The notes below the pieces were generated by a model, which saw nothing but the letters and a program-made list of their open reading frames with translations, did no database searches and was not told where the DNA came from. A stretch of 64,000 nt of DNA from Gemmatimonadales bacterium (lineage in GTDB: Bacteria; Gemmatimonadota; Gemmatimonadetes; Gemmatimonadales; GWC2-71-9), in assembly GCA_041577295.1 (NCBI GenBank), contig JBFGJG010000019.1, positions 1 to 64,000 on the forward strand. The letters are read 5' to 3'. The translations under genes were made by a program, and so were the position numbers. Below are positions 57,892 to 64,000 of the stretch, in pieces. Each line of letters begins with the position of its first letter. Position 1 is the stretch's first letter.

Positions 57892-59637
57892 ATGACCGAA
57901 ACTGACGGCGGCACCCTCATCGCCCGCATCCTTGCCGAGCAGGGTGTCGAGTTCGTATTCACGCTTTGCGGCGGGCATATCTCACCGATCCTCGTCGGCG
58001 CCAAGCGTCACGGGATTCGGGTGATCGACGTCCGTGATGAGGCGAGTGCAGTCTTTGCGGCCGACGCGGTGTCACGTCTCACCGGGGTTCCGGGAGTGGC
58101 CGCCGTCACCGCGGGACCCGGCGCGACCAACGCCATTACCGCGGTCAAGAATGCACAACTCGCACAATCACCGGTGATCGTCCTCGGTGGCGCCACGGCC
58201 ACGATCCTCAAGGGGCGAGGCGCCCTTCAAGATATTAACCAGATGGCGTTGTTCCGGCCGCACGTGAAGCAAGCCATGACAATCCGTCACGTGCGTGACT
58301 TCGTACCGTATCTCGAGGAGGCCTTCCTCGTGGCGCAGGAAGGCGTGCCCGGGCCGGTGTTTGTCGAGTGTCCCGTTGATCTCCTCTACCCGGAGTCCGT
58401 CGTGCGGACGTGGTACCGATCGGCCACACCACGTGCGGATGCCCATGCCCTCGGCGACCGGGTACGCCGCGCGTATCTGCGACGCCACCTCGATCGGATC
58501 TTCGATAACGCCGATCGCGTTGAGCCCGACGAGCGAGAACAACCCATTGTAGCACCCGTGACGGAGGGTGACGTGCAGCGGGCGATCGAGCGCATCACGC
58601 TCGCCCGTCAGCCCGTGCTCATGCTCGGGAGTCAGGCCATGCTGCATCCGGATGATGTGGAGGAGCTGGCCCATGCGGTGACCCGGTTGGGCATGCCGGT
58701 ATATCTCTCAGGTCTTGCCCGCGGGCTGCTGGGCCGGGAGCACCCGCTTCTCCTGCGTCATCGTAGGCGCGAGGCGTTGCGCGAGGCCGATCTCGTGTTG
58801 CTCGCTGGGGTCCCGTGTGATTTCCGTCTGGATTACGGGCGACAGATCAATCGCAGCGCGGTGCTGTTATCGGTCAATCGTAGCCGTAAGGATCTCACGA
58901 GGAACCGGCGGCCAAACGTGCCGATGTTTGGAGATCCGGCGGAGTTTCTGCGCCGGCTGGCAGGCTCGCTGGACGCGGACGACGGACAGTACGGCGATTG
59001 GCTGGACCGGTTGTTGGCTCGCGATGCCGAACGCGAATCCGAGATCGAGCAGCTGGCAAAGGAGCCTACCGAATACGTGAATCCGCTCGCCCTGTGCCGT
59101 GCTGTAGACGACGTTCTCGACGAGGACAGTGTGCTAGTGTTAGACGGAGGCGACTTCGCAGCCACCGCGTCGTACATGACCCTGCCGCGTACGCCGCTCA
59201 GTTTCCTCGATCCCGGGCCGTTTGGCACCCTCGGTGTTGGGGGAGGGTATGCGCTCGGGGCCAAACTTTGCCGTCCTAGGGCCGAGGTCTGGCTGTTCTA
59301 CGGCGATGGCTCGGCGGCCTTTAGCCTGGCCGAGTTCGACACCTTCGTTCGCCATGCCATTCCCGTGATTGCGATCGTCGGCAACGATGCGTGCTGGACC
59401 CAGATTGCACGGGGCCAGTGTGAAGTCTTTGGCGATGACGTGGCCACGCGGCTCCGGCGAACCGCGTATCACACCGTTGCCGAGGGGTACGGCGGAAAGG
59501 GACTGCTGCTCGAACGGCCCGAAAACCTCGAATCGACACTCGCCAAGGCCAAGGAGTTGGCTCGCCAGGGACACCCCGTGTTAATCAACGCCCTGATCGG
59601 CCAGACCAGCTTCCGAAAAGGGTCGTTGGCTATTTAA
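57892..59637 (+). CDS. ThDP-dependent enzyme, ILVBL/2-hydroxyacyl-CoA lyase-like
   Basis: '[12 protein letters not shown]', '[11 protein letters not shown]', '[15 protein letters not shown]'. Confidence 0.88.
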   Translation: MTETDGGTLIARILAEQGVEFVFTLCGGHISPILVGAKRHGIRVIDVRDEASAVFAADAVSRLTGVPGVAAVTAGPGATNAITAVKNAQLAQSPVIVLGGATATILKGRGALQDINQMALFRPHVKQAMTIRHVRDFVPYLEEAFLVAQEGVPGPVFVECPVDLLYPESVVRTWYRSATPRADAHALGDRVRRAYLRRHLDRIFDNADRVEPDEREQPIVAPVTEGDVQRAIERITLARQPVLMLGSQAMLHPDDVEELAHAVTRLGMPVYLSGLARGLLGREHPLLLRHRRREALREADLVLLAGVPCDFRLDYGRQINRSAVLLSVNRSRKDLTRNRRPNVPMFGDPAEFLRRLAGSLDADDGQYGDWLDRLLARDAERESEIEQLAKEPTEYVNPLALCRAVDDVLDEDSVLVLDGGDFAATASYMTLPRTPLSFLDPGPFGTLGVGGGYALGAKLCRPRAEVWLFYGDGSAAFSLAEFDTFVRHAIPVIAIVGNDACWTQIARGQCEVFGDDVATRLRRTAYHTVAEGYGGKGLLLERPENLESTLAKAKELARQGHPVLINALIGQTSFRKGSLAI

Positions 59638-59654
59638 GGCGGGATTGGCGGGAT
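59638..59654. repeat. Right arm of 17-bp inverted repeat (GGCGGGATTGGCGGGAT)
   Basis: Begins immediately after the TAA of the ThDP gene. Confidence 0.8.
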
Positions 59655-59818
59655 CGATCTCATGGCCGTGCGGCTATCCTGCTGAAATCATTTAACTTGA
59701 CTCCTATCTGCCCGCACTTGGGCGCCCCTTGAGGCTCGCTCTCTAGCTTTACACCCGAATCGGTGCGGTCGGTCACGCACATCGATTCTCTGGCGTCTTT
59801 CTCGGCGGTGAGGTACGA

Positions 59819-60046
59819 ATGTCGGTCTTAGCTCGACGATTAAGCGACGCCCAGTTCTCGACGCGGGAACTCGAGCGTATCCGATTAGCCGCACGCAATG
59901 CCTTTAACCTGACGTGTCCGCGCTGTGGGGCAGCGCTCACGTGGTCCACCATCAAGGAGCCCACCAGCCCACCCCGCGCTGTCTGCATGATTCGATGTTC
60001 GAGTTGCCGCCGCTTCTTGATCTTGCGAAATGGCGAGGATCTGTAG
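59819..60046 (+). CDS. Small Zn-ribbon protein
   Basis: GAGG RBS; CPRC..CSSC. Confidence 0.6.
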   Translation: MSVLARRLSDAQFSTRELERIRLAARNAFNLTCPRCGAALTWSTIKEPTSPPRAVCMIRCSSCRRFLILRNGEDL

Positions 60047-60149
60047 CATCGTTCATATGTCCAACGTTGTGAGTTGGAACACAGTGCCTGACGCGGTGTT
60101 TTCTAAGGTTTAGAGGGGCACCGAGACAAGTCGAGGCAAGGAAGGGAAT

Positions 60150-60545
60150 ATGATGCGACGGCTTCCTTTCGCTGTGGTGCTGGTTGCGATTCTGGCGTCT
60201 CCCCAACTGCTCGTTGGGCAGTCGGCCGATGGGGACGAGCAGTCGCCGACTGCCACAAAGACGCATGTGGTAGTCGAGAACGACAACATGTTGGACATGC
60301 GTATCTACGCCGTGAGCGCCGGTCGCAGGCATCAGTTGGGAACGGTCACAGGCTTCACCTCGGCGGTTTTTGTCTTGCCAAGCTGGTTGCTCGCGCAGAA
60401 CGCACCGCTCCAGCTGATCGCCCTCCCTATCGGAACACGAAAGGATGTCGTCAGTCCGTTCGTGCTGGTCGATCCAGGGGATCTGGTGGAGTGGCAGCTG
60501 CGTGGAAACCTGGGGTTCTCGAACATCAGTGTGTGGAAGAGCTGA
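60150..60545 (+). CDS. Secreted hypothetical protein
   Basis: Signal peptide; 'VVVENDNMLDMRIYAV..LGTV'. Confidence 0.7.
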   Translation: MMRRLPFAVVLVAILASPQLLVGQSADGDEQSPTATKTHVVVENDNMLDMRIYAVSAGRRHQLGTVTGFTSAVFVLPSWLLAQNAPLQLIALPIGTRKDVVSPFVLVDPGDLVEWQLRGNLGFSNISVWKS

Positions 60546-60760
60546 TCTGACCACGTGAATCGCCCGAGACGGCCGATCCCAAGCTAGATCGGCTGTTTTG
60601 CTTCACGCTGCGCGTGCTTCTCTTCATCTCCGTGCTCCCCTTCTGCTCCACTACCCCCTCTGTGGGCTCCTATTCATCTCTGTGACCTCTGTGGTTTGTG
60701 GGGGGTGGGGCCGTTCCCGCGCTTGACGATGTGGAATGGGCCTCAGAGCTTTCGTCTCCC

Positions 60761-62452
60761 ATGCGTACTGGGTTACTCGTCATAATGCTCGTCGGTGTCC
60801 TCGGGATCGCGCTCGGGGCATGGGAGCGACCGGTCGCGGAGCCTGCGCTACATCTGTCGAGCGATCGTGGTCACTCCCTCGACGCGGCGGAGCTAATCGC
60901 AGAGCTCGGCTGTGCTGCGTGCCACGCGGGCGTGTCCCACGTCTCGACCATCAGGCGGCGCGCGCCCCGCTTGCAGGATGCCGGCCTGCGGTACCGACCT
61001 TCCTACGTCTTCGACTTCCTGCAGAATCCGACCCGTGTTCGCCGCCACATCGGACGCTCTCGGATGCCGGGATTCCATCTCGATGAAGCCGAGAGCGTGG
61101 CGCTCACGCTGCATCTCGAGACCCGCACGCAGGCAATGGCTCCAGACGTACCGGATCCGACAAGCGATCGTGACAACGCCCAGCGAGGGGAGCAGCTGAT
61201 CGGAGAACTCGGCTGCACAGGGTGCCACACGTTGGGTAGCGAGGGAGTTGGAACGGCGCTCGAGCTCACAAACGTTGGCAAACGGGTTCAGGGCCCCTGG
61301 CTCAGACGCTTCCTCACTGATCCAACCGCGTTTGATTCGGCGACGCCGATGCCCGCGATCTTTTTCGAGCGGGCGGCGAGGGGGGTCTACGAGCCGCGCA
61401 CACCGGGTGGAGCGGCACTGCTCGAGTCGGTGAGTGAGTTTCTCGATCAGACGAGCAGCGACGAGCGTCGCGCGCTCGAACGCGCGTACGAGGCAGCCAA
61501 GCGGCGCCATCCGCGTGCGACCGCCGAGGTGGGTGAGCGCATGTACGGAGCGCTCGGCTGTGCGGAGTGTCACGAGGCAGGTGCTGCTCCCATCCCAGCC
61601 AACGCTCCCGATCTGGCCGCTGTTGGATCACGAGTGCGTGCCGATTGGCTCCGCGCATACCTCACCGCACCGCATGTCATCCGTCCCTTTGGCTTCATCC
61701 CGGGCACTGGAAGCCGTATGCCGGACTTCCGCTTGAGCGCGGACGAGGCAGCCTCGATCACCGCGTTTCTCACCGCGAACAGCGGCGCGCCCACCCGCGA
61801 ACCCCCCGCGCTCAGCGCGTTCGCCCGGCACAAAGCGGAGCGCCTCCTCTCGGATCGACTCTCCTGCCTCGGTTGTCATCGACTCGACGGCGAGGGCGGA
61901 CGTATCGGGCCCGATCTCTCCACGGTGTCCACCCGGCTGCGGCCGGAATACCTGGCGGCTGTGATTCGCGACCCGACTCGGGTGCTGCCAAACAGTGTGA
62001 TGCCGGTCGTCCCGATGCCGCGCGGCCAACTCGATCTGCTGGCTACCTATCTAGCCACTCGCACGCCGACCGAAGTCCCCTCTGCCGAGTACCTATCGCT
62101 GGTGGAGAACGAGCCGCAGCCCATCATGTTCCAGGACACCGGTCCCGCTCTGTACAAACGGTATTGCGCGATGTGTCATGGGACGTTGGGGCAGGGCGAC
62201 GGCTACAACGCTCCCTTTTTGCCCGTGAGCCCAACGCGTCACGCCGACAGCAGCTACATGGCGAGCCGGCCGGACGATACGCTTTATGACGGGATTCACG
62301 CCGGCGGGTACATCCTCAACCGGGATCGTCGGATGCCGGGATTTGGACACACGCTGTCGACAGGCCATCTCGATAGTCTCGTGGGTTATCTCCGCGAACT
62401 CTGTCGCTGTAGCGGCCCTGTGTGGTCCCGCGATGGCGTTGTGAGTCGGTGA
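60761..62452 (+). CDS. Pentaheme cytochrome c (tandem class I-like domains)
   Basis: CAACH, CTGCH, CAECH, CLGCH, CAMCH, each followed by an 'MP' axial Met candidate. Confidence 0.9.
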   Translation: MRTGLLVIMLVGVLGIALGAWERPVAEPALHLSSDRGHSLDAAELIAELGCAACHAGVSHVSTIRRRAPRLQDAGLRYRPSYVFDFLQNPTRVRRHIGRSRMPGFHLDEAESVALTLHLETRTQAMAPDVPDPTSDRDNAQRGEQLIGELGCTGCHTLGSEGVGTALELTNVGKRVQGPWLRRFLTDPTAFDSATPMPAIFFERAARGVYEPRTPGGAALLESVSEFLDQTSSDERRALERAYEAAKRRHPRATAEVGERMYGALGCAECHEAGAAPIPANAPDLAAVGSRVRADWLRAYLTAPHVIRPFGFIPGTGSRMPDFRLSADEAASITAFLTANSGAPTREPPALSAFARHKAERLLSDRLSCLGCHRLDGEGGRIGPDLSTVSTRLRPEYLAAVIRDPTRVLPNSVMPVVPMPRGQLDLLATYLATRTPTEVPSAEYLSLVENEPQPIMFQDTGPALYKRYCAMCHGTLGQGDGYNAPFLPVSPTRHADSSYMASRPDDTLYDGIHAGGYILNRDRRMPGFGHTLSTGHLDSLVGYLRELCRCSGPVWSRDGVVSR

Positions 62453-62459
62453 CCGCGTG

Positions 62460-64000
62460 ATGGCGCGCAAGAAAAGACGTTCCCGGCCGGCGGCGCCGAG
62501 GCCGCGCCCCGCGAAAAACGCTGCGGCACCATCGCGCGAGCACCGACCGGTGCGACGCCTCGTAGGTATCGCGCTGTTCGCGGGCGTTGTGTTGGCAGGT
62601 GGCATTGCCGTATGGCTTGGGTTCGAGCGCGGTGCGGGCGAACTCGCGGCCTTTCCATCACACGTGGAAGCAGGAGGGACCGAGCCAGTTGTTGTGCCAG
62701 CAGACTTCGTTGGGGCAGAGGCGTGTCGCGAATGTCACGCACCGCAATACGCAGCGTGGCAGGGATCGACGCACGGCCGTGCGGGCGACGAGCCGGATCG
62801 CCAGACCGTGATCGCACCGTTCGGACGTCAACCCATTCGCTTTCGTGACGCCGTTGTGATCCCGGCGCGAACCGCCCTGGGGGAATACACGTTTACCGTC
62901 CAGCGAAGCGGCCGCGATCCCGTGGTCTATCGAGTGGATGGCGTGATCGGTGGAGGACACATGGTGGGTGGTGGTACCCAGGGATTCGTCTCGCGCATGC
63001 CGGACGGGACCGTGCGATTCCTCCCGTTCGATTTCGTGAGGCGCGAGGGGGAGTGGTTCTGCAACACCAACACGCGGGTGGATCGCGGTTGGGTCCCCAT
63101 CACGCCGGACCTCGCGTTGGCAGACTGCGGAGACTGGCCTCCGGTACGCGTGTTGGGCACCACGCCGCGGTTCGCGAACTGCCAGGACTGTCATGGAAGT
63201 CAGATCCTGGTCGAGTTTGACAAGGACGCGAAGGAGTACGAGACGAACATCCAGAGTCTGGGCGTGAACTGCGAGTCTTGTCACGGCCCAGGTCGCAGCC
63301 ACGTGTCGCGAGCTCGGGGTGGCCAGCTCGGTGACGCCAATGACATCGCCATTCGCGCGCTGGGTACCCTCGACAAGGACCAGTCACTCGCCGTCTGCTT
63401 CCAATGCCATGCGCTCAAGGAGCCGCTCGAGCAAGGCTATCTACCGGGGAAACAGTTCGAGGCGTTCTACTCGCTCAAGCTCCCGTTGGTTGGCGAGCGG
63501 CCGCTCTTTCCCGACGGCAGGGTCCGTACCTTCGCCTACCAGGAGAATCATCTGTACAGCGATTGCTATCTCAATGGCTCGATGACGTGTGTGGACTGTC
63601 ACGACCCCCACGGTCAGCACTACCGCGATATCTACGGTCGCGTTTTGGATGGCCGCTTCGACGATGGTCAGTGCGTGGACTGTCATGCCAGCAAAGCCCG
63701 GGACCTCGAAGCGCACACGAAGCACGCGCCAGGCTCGGCTGGCAGCCGGTGTGTCGCCTGCCACATGCCCTATCTCCAACATCCGGAAGTGGGAGATGGC
63801 GTCCGGTTCACGAGGTCCGATCACACGATCCCCATTCCCCGGCCGGCGTTCGACACCGCGTTGGGCATCGAGACCGCGTGTTCCCAGTGTCACGGGGACC
63901 GCAGCGTCGAGGAACTGGACCGGCAGGTCATGACGTGGTACGGAACGCTCAAGCCGCATAAGCCCATCGTTGCCGACCTCGTGGCGAGCACCGGCTCGCT
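62460..64000 (+). CDS. Membrane-anchored multiheme cytochrome c (at least 8 hemes), truncated by the window edge
   Basis: Manual translation from ATG 62460: CRECH, CQDCH, CESCH, CFQCH, CVDCH x2, CVACH, CSQCH; absent from the ORF track because it has no stop in the window. Confidence 0.9.
   Translation, partial: MARKKRRSRPAAPRPRPAKNAAAPSREHRPVRRLVGIALFAGVVLAGGIAVWLGFERGAGELAAFPSHVEAGGTEPVVVPADFVGAEACRECHAPQYAAWQGSTHGRAGDEPDRQTVIAPFGRQPIRFRDAVVIPARTALGEYTFTVQRSGRDPVVYRVDGVIGGGHMVGGGTQGFVSRMPDGTVRFLPFDFVRREGEWFCNTNTRVDRGWVPITPDLALADCGDWPPVRVLGTTPRFANCQDCHGSQILVEFDKDAKEYETNIQSLGVNCESCHGPGRSHVSRARGGQLGDANDIAIRALGTLDKDQSLAVCFQCHALKEPLEQGYLPGKQFEAFYSLKLPLVGERPLFPDGRVRTFAYQENHLYSDCYLNGSMTCVDCHDPHGQHYRDIYGRVLDGRFDDGQCVDCHASKARDLEAHTKHAPGSAGSRCVACHMPYLQHPEVGDGVRFTRSDHTIPIPRPAFDTALGIETACSQCHGDRSVEELDRQVMTWYGTLKPHKPIVADLVASTGS

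Noticed and set aside
1..64000. CRISPR arrays, rRNA/tRNA, transposases, and the many long Arg/Pro-rich alternative-frame ORFs
   Set aside because: No repeat-spacer array, RNA gene or transposase motif was seen by eye; shadow ORFs are expected at this GC content

Overview
High-GC (roughly 65% by eye), gene-dense bacterial window. Gene content suggests Gemmatimonadota (inference): CarboxypepD_reg/plug proteins, VPS10/BNR hydrolase, M6/M14/M20/M28 peptidases, many Tat and lipoprotein signals. No rRNA, tRNA, CRISPR array or transposase was recognised. The standout region is 0.6-8.6 kb, a divergent pair of operons. One arm carries an Rrf2 regulator, a B-family-derived heme-copper enzyme whose cross-link Tyr is replaced by Gln (H-S-S-Q-Q, eNOR-type NO reductase), a CuA subunit, two small subunits and a SCO. 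The other arm carries a cytochrome b / 2x[4Fe-4S] / MvhD-like fusion, an unknown Cys-containing partner, a His-rich membrane protein, SufT and a DUF2249-DUF542 protein. A second unusual module (42.5-47.1 kb) is a sigma54 two-component system whose divergent promoter reads through a c-di-GMP-I-like riboswitch into an unknown lipoprotein and a stand-alone GAF protein. Also present: a cystine-knot-pattern lipoprotein, a LytTR pseudogene, a cluster of Tat-type amino-acid enzymes, an ILVBL-like ThDP enzyme bracketed by a perfect 17-bp inverted repeat, and two multiheme cytochromes c at the right edge. All family calls come from motif reading, not database searches.
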